The notes under the pieces were generated by a model that did not search any database, was not told where the DNA came from, and worked only from the letters and a program-made list of their open reading frames with translations. This document shows positions 28,241 to 38,795 of a stretch of DNA of 64,000 nucleotides, one piece after another. The stretch spans positions 28,482,503 to 28,546,502 of the forward strand of contig CM120640.1 of NCBI GenBank assembly GCA_051362555.1. Direction: 5' to 3'. The first letter of the stretch is position 1. Each line of letters begins with the position of its first letter. The DNA is from Lingula anatina (lineage: Eukaryota; Animalia; Brachiopoda). The position numbers were made by a program, and so were the translations under genes.

Positions 28241-28645
28241 AGGCTTAGAAAAAATAGCTGTCTGTTACACAATAAATTAAACGAGTGGGGATTATTATAC
28301 TTATATGTAGCCAAAAGAGGGATAATTGAGATTTTCTTAAAGGTATTCCTTTGAGAATTGTCTCATGAATTTAACAAATTAATAAATGAAAAAAATAAAT
28401 GAATGAATAATGTTGACTTAATTGATCAACAAGGAGCAAAGTGTGTACTGAGAATTATTAAAAGACACTAAAAGACACTAAAATTTGCACATACATACAT
28501 GTATAATGAAATAGTCTCCACAGCACAATTACATCAGTTGATATTACATCCAGGACATGAAGAAGTAAGTAGTGATGAGAAGTTGACCCTTGTCTCTCCT
28601 CCGGCCCACGTCACAGTTATGTTATGGATGGTATATATACCTTTA

Positions 28646-28677
28646 CAGGGGCGGATCCAGGATTATTTGAAGGGGGT

Positions 28678-28708
<31 letters not shown>

Positions 28709-28822
28709 GGTTTTTTGTTGTTTTTTTAATGGCAGTCCCCTCCTTTCCCCCCACTGGGCACCGAAAGTTGGTGTGATATTTTCAGAAATCAAAGGGGAGG
28801 GGAGGGGCAGGACCCACCACTG
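28646..28822. mobile_element. Small MITE (CAGGGGCGGATCCAG-type TIR) with 5-bp TSD CTTTA
   Basis: Left end CAGGGGCGGATCCAG; right end CAGGACCCACCACTG matches the expected inverted copy at 11/15 positions. CTTTA flanks both sides (28641-28645, 28823-28827). Internal poly-T. Confidence 0.55.
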
Positions 28823-29741
28823 CTTTAATTACTTTTACTATTAGAAAATAAAGTGAATGCCCCAAAAAGACCAAGCTTTGACCTCTGTCATTATTTGACG
28901 GATGCTAGAAGGAAGTGATCCAGGCTTGCAGGACAATCTTCCTCTCCCCTATTATATAAGCTTTTATGCGTGTGAGTGCAATGAAATATGCAATTTGTAC
29001 TGACGTGCATTGAATAATATGTGATTTTAAAAAAATCTTTATTGAACACATGGTATATAAGTACACATTGCTATTATACAGATGATCATTTAAATCTCTT
29101 AAAAATATACAAATATGACGGTATCAATTGAATGAACATGCATGAAAAATAACGAAATATCTCTCAACACAGTATGCCTTTTGTGCAAAATAAATAAATC
29201 AGTCAAAATGTTAAACAATATTCAGACATGTATAAAAACATTTTAAATACACTTGGATTTCGAATCTTGAGTAATAATTCTAAGTATTAGACAATATTTT
29301 TCGAGTTATTCAACAAAGGTAACAACTTGATTGATGTGAAACGTAGCATGTATTTACAACTGACAAAGGCAATCAAAAGTGTCCTTTCATCATCATAGTA
29401 TCTCGGTAACAAAGCTTTATCACAAACCATTTGGGTCCTTACGTGGAATAAATGTACCTTTATGCTCATTATTGTTGTTTTTGTTGTATTACTTTGAAAC
29501 ACATGAAACGTCAATAAAAAGGTTTATCTGTCTATCTGTCACTTTGCGTTTATGATTTTTATCATGATATATATATATCAGACAATAATTTTGATGGCGA
29601 CGGTAATAGCAGTGTGATAGCCATAAATATACATCAATGTATGATGTTGATTGACAGCGACATACAGTTTACGTTAGGAAACTCATCTAAGATGGTAGAA
29701 ATACCCAATATATCTACTGAACACAACAAGCATGTTGACAT

Positions 29742-29758
29742 GCAGTGCCATCTAGCGG
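29742..29758 (-). promoter_or_regulatory. CTCF-like motif CCGCTAGATGGCACTGC just downstream of receptor 1 stop codon
   Basis: Matches the CTCF core CC(A/G)CNAG(A/G)(G/T)GGC(A/G); an identical 17-mer occurs at 38749-38765. Confidence 0.45.
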
Positions 29759-29779
29759 CAAGGACATGCTACCGATCCC

Positions 29780-32392
29780 TCACAGGCGGGTGCTGACTGT
29801 GGCGCACGTTTGCTCTTGTGTGGCGTTTTCTTTACTACAAATTTGAAGTTCTTGCCAAACTCTTTTCGTGCAAACTGTAGCAACAAATATGTACACGCCG
29901 TCTAAGCACGCGGTAAAAATGAATAAAAACCAAAGCACTTCGCTTACGGTGGTATCAGCGACAGAGCCTGCGACGAAACCAAGAACCCAGTTAACGCCCA
30001 TTAAAGACAGCAATTTCACATAGATCGACAGTGTCTGCTGTTTTTGATTACCCAAGAGATTTCCTCGTCTTGCCATAGCAATGTTTAGTGATCTCACGCA
30101 TATTAAGAACAATATAGTATTTGTAATTATGATGAGACCAATTGGCGTGACTAAGAAAATCAGAAGAGGATATTTCTGCGATATCCAGCAAACGCCCATG
30201 TTGTAACCAGGCCGGAAATCAGATTGAATGCCAGGGGCATGATCTAGACTAACAGCAATGGCAACAAACAATACCGGTACACCAAGAGCGTAAATCAGAT
30301 ACAACAGCATTTGACGTCTGAAACGGCCCTGGGTGTGGGCTGTCACCGAACCTGATTTTATGCTAAAAGTTTTAACTAATTCTATAGCAACGACATTCGT
30401 CCAGCAAAAACTGGAGAGTACACTCCAGTGAAATAGAGCACCTATTACCTCACATCCGAGCGCATTCCCCAAAAAGAACGGGCGCAGTAAAAAAAGAACT
30501 TTTGATACAAAGAGAACTGTAACAAGCCCGAACTGAAGTCGCACGGGAAACGTATGATAAACTTTGACAAAGGGTTGAAGGCCAATGCGGATTACGAGAC
30601 ATACGATAGAAATGGTTAAGCAAACAAAGGACGCGATCCCAGATGCTTCGGAAAATTTAAAGCGGTTCACATTTGTTTCCAGTTGCGGAATGTTGGTTGC
30701 ATTCAACAAACCAGCGCAGACAAATATTGAATAAGCCTCGATGACGTAGTCATCAGGGCGTAACCACTTTTCTAAAGAAACGATGTACAACGATCCATTT
30801 TCAAATTTTATATAGTCAGATATGTTTAGCATGATTCTAACACAGTCCATAGGTGCAGCGTGGTGTAGACTGAACGAGTAATTTAAGTCTTTGAACACGA
30901 ATACAAAACCCTCGCTCTCATACGACAATTGCAATTCTGGTGTCACATTGGTGAATCCTCTCTGAAAAGTCTCGTTAATGACTCTTAGGTCGCTTGCTGT
31001 CTGATTTTGTTTCACGAGAAAATCAGTAATCATCAGAAATGTTTTCCCGTCCCTCATTCTAAGAGGATTTGTTACAACATCTCCGTATATTTGAATTCGT
31101 GCTCTTAAAAAAACTTCCAAATTCGTTCGAAGTTTAGTATTAACTAAGCTAAAACCATATGCAAATGACCCTGAACTGTTTGTCATTTGCCAGGAAGTAA
31201 TTACCTGTGTACTGTACAGTGTATATCGGTAAACACATGAGTTATTTCTTCGTATATAATCAACCATACACAGCTGACGTGGGCATAAAGATATTTGGGA
31301 TGAAAGGTGGCAGTCTGATTGGACTTGCAAGTCTGAAGATACCATTTGCTGCCTGCCGTTCGTAAACCCAACACTTAAACCGTCCTCCTGATTGAAATCC
31401 ATAGTTATGGCAAATGAGAAATATTCCAGCCGTTTGAAGGGATCGACATAGTCGCAGCCTGGTCCTATACAGCACATACTACAGTAGCATTCTTCCACCA
31501 TAAACATAAAACCAACTTCTGACTTGATGACAACACCGTTACAAAGCGCGCAGTAGAAGTTTTTGTAGGTGGATTCATAGTCTTGTTTAATGTAGTCTTG
31601 GTGTTGGTAGCATTTAAGTTCTACATCTGGAGAACTCTCATTGGCCATGCAGGTACCTATTGGGTTTATATGTAAGAGGCACTTTCGAACGGGGGCCCAC
31701 CTTGGTGGGGATATAATTTTTTTGCAGTAAGGACTGTTTTCCAACTCGGCAATGGGGTCGTTGACGTTCTCTACGTACACTGACGTGGAACAGTTAAACT
31801 TTAAAGTCCAAAATGTGTAATTGTTTACGCCATTACATAAAGCACAGTACACATTCTTATAATGAAGACGAGACATGTGGTCTGTCACCGGTATTCGCGC
31901 CACAGTAGATGTCACGTTTGTTATATCTCGCTCACAAGCCTGGCTTATATTATGTAACTTCCAGGAATGTGGACAGTCACTTTTTAATATCACATTTTTG
32001 ATAAAACTACCAATATTTTGCAATGGGGGTTCCAAGTCTAACGGATATTCCAGGGTTTCACATGTTGGCCATGACGTCACGTTGGACGATTCAAACCTTG
32101 TCTTCGCTCTTTCAAATTCATTTTTACATTTAACTTCAAAGTCCAAGCAACAATCACCAAACGTGAGACAAAGTTCATCACAAGAACATCTTCGTTTGAA
32201 TCCCATGATTCCACTGACAAGTCCGCAGTTCCCTGAACAACTCTGAAGAGCACAGGTCTCGTTGGCAAATGCCCTTCCAAAAAAACCGTCCGCTGGATCG
32301 AATTCTATTGGTTTACGCAGTCTCCTTGAATTGGACATAATGAAATTTGTGCTAACAAGCAGAATGAAAATCCACACGTAGGAAAGCACCAT
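29780..32392 (-). CDS. Intronless 7TM receptor (family B / adhesion / Methuselah-like) with N-terminal somatomedin-B domain and Cys-rich ectodomain, paralogue 1 (870 aa)
   Basis: Signal peptide MVLSYVWIFILLVSTNFIMS. SMB motif SCSGNCG..CSCDELCLTFGDCCLDFEVKC. Two YKNxYCALCNGV repeats. Seven hydrophobic helices with family-B motifs (HWSVLSSFCWTNV, GVP, CWIS, KLLSLMGVNW). C-terminal PDZ-type ligand STRL. Confidence 0.92.
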   Translation of the reverse strand: MVLSYVWIFILLVSTNFIMSNSRRLRKPIEFDPADGFFGRAFANETCALQSCSGNCGLVSGIMGFKRRCSCDELCLTFGDCCLDFEVKCKNEFERAKTRFESSNVTSWPTCETLEYPLDLEPPLQNIGSFIKNVILKSDCPHSWKLHNISQACERDITNVTSTVARIPVTDHMSRLHYKNVYCALCNGVNNYTFWTLKFNCSTSVYVENVNDPIAELENSPYCKKIISPPRWAPVRKCLLHINPIGTCMANESSPDVELKCYQHQDYIKQDYESTYKNFYCALCNGVVIKSEVGFMFMVEECYCSMCCIGPGCDYVDPFKRLEYFSFAITMDFNQEDGLSVGFTNGRQQMVSSDLQVQSDCHLSSQISLCPRQLCMVDYIRRNNSCVYRYTLYSTQVITSWQMTNSSGSFAYGFSLVNTKLRTNLEVFLRARIQIYGDVVTNPLRMRDGKTFLMITDFLVKQNQTASDLRVINETFQRGFTNVTPELQLSYESEGFVFVFKDLNYSFSLHHAAPMDCVRIMLNISDYIKFENGSLYIVSLEKWLRPDDYVIEAYSIFVCAGLLNATNIPQLETNVNRFKFSEASGIASFVCLTISIVCLVIRIGLQPFVKVYHTFPVRLQFGLVTVLFVSKVLFLLRPFFLGNALGCEVIGALFHWSVLSSFCWTNVVAIELVKTFSIKSGSVTAHTQGRFRRQMLLYLIYALGVPVLFVAIAVSLDHAPGIQSDFRPGYNMGVCWISQKYPLLIFLVTPIGLIIITNTILFLICVRSLNIAMARRGNLLGNQKQQTLSIYVKLLSLMGVNWVLGFVAGSVADTTVSEVLWFLFIFTACLDGVYIFVATVCTKRVWQELQICSKENATQEQTCATVSTRL

Positions 32393-32518
32393 ATTCGTAA
32401 TTCTCTACTATGACGAATTTCTGTTCCGTTTACGTAGACTGAACTTACATGTAGCGCTTATTGTGGTTCTATAGAATCCACTTTGAAACTCTAAGTACCT
32501 TTTAACGGATTCTGCACA

Positions 32519-32526
32519 TTTATATA
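32519..32526 (-). promoter_or_regulatory. Possible TATA box (TATATAAA) of receptor 1
   Basis: About 130 bp upstream of the ATG on the coding strand. The AT-rich background makes a chance match plausible. Confidence 0.3.
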
Positions 32527-33247
32527 AGTCTTCGGTACATCAATAATTAATAAATGTTTGAAATCGATATTTGAGACAGATCCCATTCCGAATCCTTTGG
32601 GGCTGCCATATCTTGTTCCACGTAATTTATACACATGTTTAGATCAAAAGAAATTGGCAATCTAACCATTAACTGAAATGGATATTAAGAAAAAAGTACT
32701 TAGCACATGACACACATTAGTTCCCATCTCTGAGCCACACTCCCAAAAGGTCAACTCTCCGACCAAACCAGTTGCTGGAACCATGTGATTTGGAGCATTC
32801 ATAGTATCTATGAGCCATGTACGCTAGCAGTCATCTCCCAAGGGGAGTATTAAATCATTCTGTGGACATTGTCAGGATTAATAGTCCCCTGGCATCTGCC
32901 CAATGGCCAGGGACCATAGCTCATATTTATTGAGAGACGTGTGCTGTCTAATTTTTTCCGGATAGCAATAATAGGTTGATAACGTAGAGCGTTTGTGGTG
33001 AAGTTAAATATTTACAATTTCATTAATCGCAAATTAGCAGAAATAAAATAAATTCAATTGTATATAAAGATAAAAAGACATTCAGAGCAAGTATAAATTT
33101 GTTATGAGTAGACTAGTGGCAAAGTTTTATTTTGGACAGGTCTGAGTCGAACATATGTCGATTTTCATAGCAGCTGTAAACTGAATATGACGTAATAATA
33201 TATATACATTTTATTACGCAAATCTGAAATGTCCACATTAAATAAAA

Positions 33248-33304
33248 TCTCTCTCTCTCTCTCACACACACACACGCACACGCACGCACACACGCACGAA
33301 CACA
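33248..33304. repeat. (TC)n-(CA)n/(CACG)n compound microsatellite
   Basis: Directly visible. Confidence 0.9.
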
Positions 33305-33559
33305 TGCATACAGATCTAAAGTAATGGAAAATGTCACAAATCTGACCATTATTTCGGAATGTTTCTCACAGTCCCTTCACACCCTAGATCTGCCAGCTAT
33401 TGATAACGCCCATAACTAGCTAGCAGCCTTTACTATTTATTATTTATTTCAATTTGCTAATAGATACAGATCGGGGGAAGGATGTGGCATAAGCCATTGA
33501 TAACTGTCTTCCTTGATGCCATCTATTCTGTCGTGTGGATTCTTTTAACAAATTTTTGC

Positions 33560-34010
33560 ATCTCCATTTCTTTTTTATGGCGCTACGTGTTTCTGAGTCT
33601 GGCACTGCGGTCCATCCATTTTTCCTGTTGGATCCTCGCAGCTTGAGCTGCGTGTTAAGGAACAATCCACTGAGTATACGCACAGTTAGTACATACATGG
33701 ACCTAATCTCTAGTTAGGTCCATGGTACATACGAATCTCAACTAACGCAGTAAGATCCAGCATCACTAGTTAGCACAGTGACTTCAAGCTGTTTATTCAG
33801 AACTTTTTTCTGGATGTATTGGGAATGGCTTCCGTGAAAGTACACCAGTCTGGGCATATTTCTGCAAGACTGTGCGGAGCGTTCCTTGCGACGCAATTAT
33901 CTGTCTGGCAATGTATATCTGTTTTGTGCCATTCTGGGGTATATTATCTAACACACTGCTTCGCTCAGTTTACGCAACGTAGCATCCGCTACTTGTATGC
34001 AAAATTTCAA
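33560..34010 (-). mobile_element. Possible heavily decayed Tc1-like transposase N-terminal remnant
   Basis: Manual - strand translation gives QNGTKQIYIARQIIASQGTLRTVLQKYAQTGVLSRKP (HTH-like) and, after frameshifts, RSARLRNT*RHK, reminiscent of the Tc1 RxARLxWAxxH motif. No TIRs identified. Confidence 0.4.
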
Positions 34011-35008
34011 AAACATCTGGCAGCCTTTGCCGAAATATTGAAACTTTCTTTTGACCGAACCATGCTCTAGTCATACTCAGACCAGCTCAAAGAGTACTAC
34101 CCATAGAGATCACCACATATTCCCGGTATTACGTAATGCAGCAGTGCTTCAGACAAAGCAGTCAGTTAATTGTTATTGACACACCTGACTACACATTTAC
34201 CTATTCTCTTACTTCACAGTTTAGAAATAAATAACACATTTTACCTAGACATACCTTTGAGTCTAAAATATTCCATATTAAACGTCGTCTAGGTCTGTAA
34301 TTAGCACATTTATACGACTTTGATTCCACAATAGGAACATTAGGAATTGTTTCAGCAGTAATTATGCTATATAAAACACGTTAACTAATACCTTGCAAGT
34401 GTTGTCGTCAGTATAAAAGTCTTATTATCGCAGTAATGAAACAACCAACTAACCGAATAATAAGAGTGTGGATTTTTGTAAAAAAAAAAATACAATAATG
34501 CAAATAGGATTTATGACTTAAACAGAGAAAATAAGAAAAATGAAACAGAATTGTAAGATGTTAAAATCCCAGATCTAAAAAACATTAGAATAAAAAGAAT
34601 TTTCTGTGAGATGGATACATCTTGGATAAAAGCAAATATTATGTCCATTTTCACCGAGGATCCATCACGGTGGGAGGCTGGACGAAGTCAAGAGTTGGAC
34701 TTCCTGTGGACATCCAGTAGATATGGCATCTGTTAAAATAGATAGTTGCGATTTAGTATCTGTACTGTATTTTACATGTGAAGAAGGTAATTGAGTTACA
34801 TGTATGTTCTTTCCTAGAAAATACAAGATAAAGAACACTTTATTGCCCATCGATTAAAACAATAGTGATAATACACAGTATCACATTACGACATTTAAAC
34901 GAACAAACGAATAAGTGTCAGATTCAATATTATATTGCATAACGTAAAGACATAAATTTATGCAACCGAGCAGATGCAATACACACCATGCAAATATAAA
35001 AGAAATAC

Positions 35009-35293
35009 TTACTTCCAGGAGAGCGCCTTACAGGTTTTTACGCAGGCTACATAACCTTTCCCTCTGTCGCAGCATCGCCACTGGACATAATTCGTGTCCC
35101 GAAACCGTCTGTTGTGATCAAAGCAGTTCCAGAATCGCTTCTCGCACCTTCTTAGGCATTTCTCTCTTTGTCGAATATCATTTGCCAGTCTTGTCGTCTC
35201 TCCGACATTGGAAGTGGACTTTCTTATAAGGCTTATTATTAACGACAATAAGCAAATCATGAACAAAGTATTTCTCGTCCATAAAACATGCAT
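35009..35293 (-). CDS. Small secreted, cationic, cysteine-rich peptide precursor (94 aa), family not recognised
   Basis: ATG start, hydrophobic signal (LFMICLLSLIISLI), mature region with C-x3-C-x6-C-x16-CC-x8-C-x3-C. Upstream TATAA (35379-35383) and Inr-like TCAGTT (35355-35360); downstream AATAAA (34839-34844). Confidence 0.7.
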   Translation of the reverse strand: MHVLWTRNTLFMICLLSLIISLIRKSTSNVGETTRLANDIRQREKCLRRCEKRFWNCFDHNRRFRDTNYVQWRCCDRGKGYVACVKTCKALSWK

Positions 35294-35354
35294 TCTTCAC
35301 AGGGCCAGGTATTTAGTTATGTCGTGTAACGAATTCTAAAAGACTGAAAATAGA

Positions 35355-35383
35355 AACTGACCTCTGTGACTCAGCTGGTTATA
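35355..35383 (-). promoter_or_regulatory. Putative core promoter of the peptide gene: TATAA, AP-1 site TGAGTCA (35367-35373), Inr-like TCAGTT
   Basis: The - strand reads CCTATAACCAGCTGAGTCACAGAGGTCAGTTT, 60-90 bp upstream of the ATG. Confidence 0.4.
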
Positions 35384-35716
35384 GGAAGCGTATGACTCTC
35401 AACCACTAAACGAGCTTGTTTAGTTTGTACTTGAGAGAAGACTAACGAATCTAATTTTAAAACATGCTAGGTGCAAATAGAGATCGTCAAAATTATTTAA
35501 CACTTCTTAAGGGTATTATAATCTTTCATTATCATCCAGATACCGAAAATGAGGTTTTCCTGCATCTAATTATTCAATAATGCATCTACCTTTGTGCTGA
35601 TTTAAAAATACCCACGAAAATATAAAGTATCGACATTTATATTTCTCGCTGCAATGTATAAGCATAGGCAACAGCTTTAACAGCTGGTTCAAATTACTAT
35701 TTACACTTTATAATTA

Positions 35717-35774
35717 CTCTCTCTCTCTCTCTCTCTCTCTCTTTGAGTGAGTGAGTGAGTGAGTGAGTGAGAGA
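35717..35774. repeat. (TC)n-(GAGT)n compound microsatellite
   Basis: Directly visible. Confidence 0.9.
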
Positions 35775-37246
35775 GTTTTATTTAGTATGCGCATTTTCCT
35801 GGGTGTTATGACACCTTTTAACTTTTCAGGCTAATACTGCAATTTCTTAATTATAACGTTGGCAGAAAGTTGACGTGACAAACTGTAAATGCTTAAGTGA
35901 CACTGCTTCACCAGTGTTCAGTTTTATTAAATGCCAATCATTTTGTTCAATAACTCCTTAAAATTGAACGAATCAATATCATTTTTATCTTTCCATCTAT
36001 CAAATATCATGTATATTCCTCGTCATTCCTTTAATATCGCCCTATTCTGTAGAGATAAACAACACAGCCGATACAAGAATAAAGATCACACTTTGCTCGA
36101 GAGAAAGAATTTTTTTTATTTCATTGGAAGAGTTTGGACCATAACTAAAAAAGTTAAGTACCAGTGCAGTAAAACATTATATATCATATTTTGTAATAAA
36201 TTATCAAAACATGATTGAATATGAAATAATGAAACATGAAGATGATAAAGCACTTCATCCACTTAAATCGATGATAATCTCACTGACGAACCTCTTTCAA
36301 AAATTATATTGTCATAAGGAGGAGCACGAAAAATGATAGATCGCCACTTGACAAAACACTATATTAATGAAACACATCAATCATCGATACTTTTCTCGAG
36401 ATAGATAATAGATTTGTTATGACTGATCAACTACAAGACGGTTTTATGTCAACGACAGGTGGCAAACATGAAAATGCACTTAGATGGAGTAAGTTGATTA
36501 ATATCTACACGTACACGCAGGCACATGGGGGTGGTGGGGTGGGGCAGCTTAACAATAGCAAAAACAAGGAGGTAGGGGGACGGGTCAACCAATATTATGT
36601 TCTTTTACCGACTTCGGTTGCCTGTGGTCTCGTCCCAAGATTTTGTACTGCCTTCAAGAGAGAGTACGGATGTTTAAAAGTTTTGCAGGTACATACCCCG
36701 TCTAGTATTAATGCAAAGATTCGCACGCGTGTACATATTTTAACAAACATATACAATGCGCATAAAGTATATACATAAATACATATACATAAACATTAAC
36801 CGTACAGTCTGAATATAATAACCAACAGCGAGCATGGAACATCAAATTCCACGTCATTTAAACATTGAGAGTTTTGTTTTAAGGAATTTTGGTAAAAGGT
36901 ATTGAAAATGCGCAAATAAAATTACAGTTCGAACATGCTTCTTTTACACGTTCGTTTTTATTGAGAAAAAAGGATAAAGAAATCACTGCTTGGGTGCGTT
37001 AGTAAGAGATAAACTTATCATTTGGTTCCTTTGTCCATTGTGCTTATCGATGGCATTAGTTTTCATTGTGTTGAAAATAAGAGCTAATTCATTTTAACGG
37101 ACACGAGTTTTGAGAGCTTGATATATTCTTTTGTTTTTTGTGAATGTGAAAAGTTAAAAAAAGCTTCAGTACAAAATCGCTATACGTGTACACGTACTAA
37201 TACATTTGCTTACTACATGTGTGGTACTGCTGTACGTGGTTAATCA

Positions 37247-38455
37247 AATTATTATTATTATTATTAAATTTGCAACCCCAGGGTTGGATAAATACATTCT
37301 TTGCATCATAGTTGAATAAAACCACTAGTGAAACAATATAACTAAAATGCAAGGTTAAAAATAAAATAAAGTCTATCAGTCAATTAAGGAACTTGTATAT
37401 CGCACCGGTTAAAAAGTCACTCATTGATCATTTGGTTTCAATTTTAGGTCTTTTGAATGTCACCGGTTCCCTCAATCATCCTGCCTCAATGAATATTTGA
37501 CATTTTGTTTTGGTTGTAAAAGATAATGCAATCTATGATCCGGTTCATTTGATATCCTAATAAACGATTTTTGCATGTATTGAGCCGTCTTTCACTTAGT
37601 AGTTCAAGTTTACTATGTTCACAAGCAGTGTCATATTCAAGATCAGGAGGAATTATCTTAAGAGCTCTTTCTTGAGACTTTTCTACTAGGGCAGTCAATT
37701 CATTTGTTGACCCAAAATGCCAGCCAGGGACAGCATATTCTAAAACTGACTGTCGGGTAATAAGTTACAAGGTCATCAGTTGTAAGGCCTGTACGCTTCA
37801 GATGCTGTAGAAAATAAATCCTTCTGCTTGCTTTTTTGGTGATTTTCCCTCTATGGACCTTCCGTGTGAAGTCATAAGAGATATACCAGGCCTACCCAAC
37901 TACCAGACTCGGCACCGAATGATCCCAAATTCACCGGTAGATCGGATCACACTACCCGTTTTCAAGGTGTGAGTCAGTACGCATTTCACAGTATCATACC
38001 CCGAACAAATTTTGAGTGGTAATGCAATACTTTTCAACCTCGCTGAGAATCGTCACTATCACATCGCGTACTAGGCAAGAGCGGTGTCGCGTCTGATACT
38101 GTGAAATGCGTACTGATACACACCTTGAAAACGGGTAGTGTGATCCGATCTACCGGTGAATTCGGGATCATTCGGTGCCGAGTCTGGTAGTTGGGAAGGC
38201 CTGTATACACTCCGAGTAATTTAAATGATTCTACAAATTCAATATCTGTTTTGTCAGTAACAAACTTAGGGATATCTGCATTCTTGCGTTTAAATGATAT
38301 GGCCATTTGTTTTGTTTTTTTTTTCCTGTTTAATCGCATTTTGTTTGTCCTAGACCAGTCCCATGTTGTGTCAGCAATTTGCTGTAATTTGCTTTCATCA
38401 AATAGTCTACGAATCTCAGAAACTGTTGTGTCATCCATACAAGTGGTTTGTATAT
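37247..38455 (-). mobile_element. 5'-truncated, decayed LINE (CR1/L2/Crack-group) with reverse transcriptase C-terminal part and (TAA)n tail
   Basis: - strand peptides MDDTTVSE..LQ..WSRTNKMRLN..KTKQM..IEFVESFKLLGVYISYD..KKASRRIYFLQHLKRTG..SVLEYAVPGWH..EKSQERALKII..LSERR are typical of the RT C-terminal region. Frameshifts are present; (ATT)n run at about 37247-37266. Confidence 0.9.
37887..38203. mobile_element. 317-bp MITE with 110-bp TIRs (CAGG termini) and 5-bp TSD TATAC, nested in the LINE
   Basis: 37887-37996 is the near-perfect reverse complement of 38094-38203. TATAC at 37882-37886 and 38204-38208. Removing the element plus one TSD restores the RT frame LGVYISYD. Confidence 0.93.
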
Positions 38456-38748
38456 TGTCATGAAAATATTGTTACTAACACCATTGGGCATACACGATTT
38501 ACAATAACGAATAACGTTGTTTTGAGCAGTTGTGTCTCTCTTTGTAAACGTACATACAAGTTCCGCCACAACAAATATGCTGTAGTTTAATAGAAACCAG
38601 TAGAGGTAGATGAAAATTACTAAAAATGCCTCAGGCATCTACACAAGGTGAATTTCATTGTTCACTTTTCAGAATAGTTAAATTATCCTTACGATAATTT
38701 ATCCTCTTTTATGCGTATCATGCTATACACGAGGTATACTTGTGAGCC

Positions 38749-38765
38749 GCAGTGCCATCTAGCGG
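38749..38765 (-). promoter_or_regulatory. CTCF-like motif CCGCTAGATGGCACTGC just downstream of receptor 2 stop codon
   Basis: Identical to 29742-29758, while the flanking 3' sequences differ. Confidence 0.45.
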
Positions 38766-38795
38766 TAGGCTTATTGGTCCTTCTAGCAGAACTTT

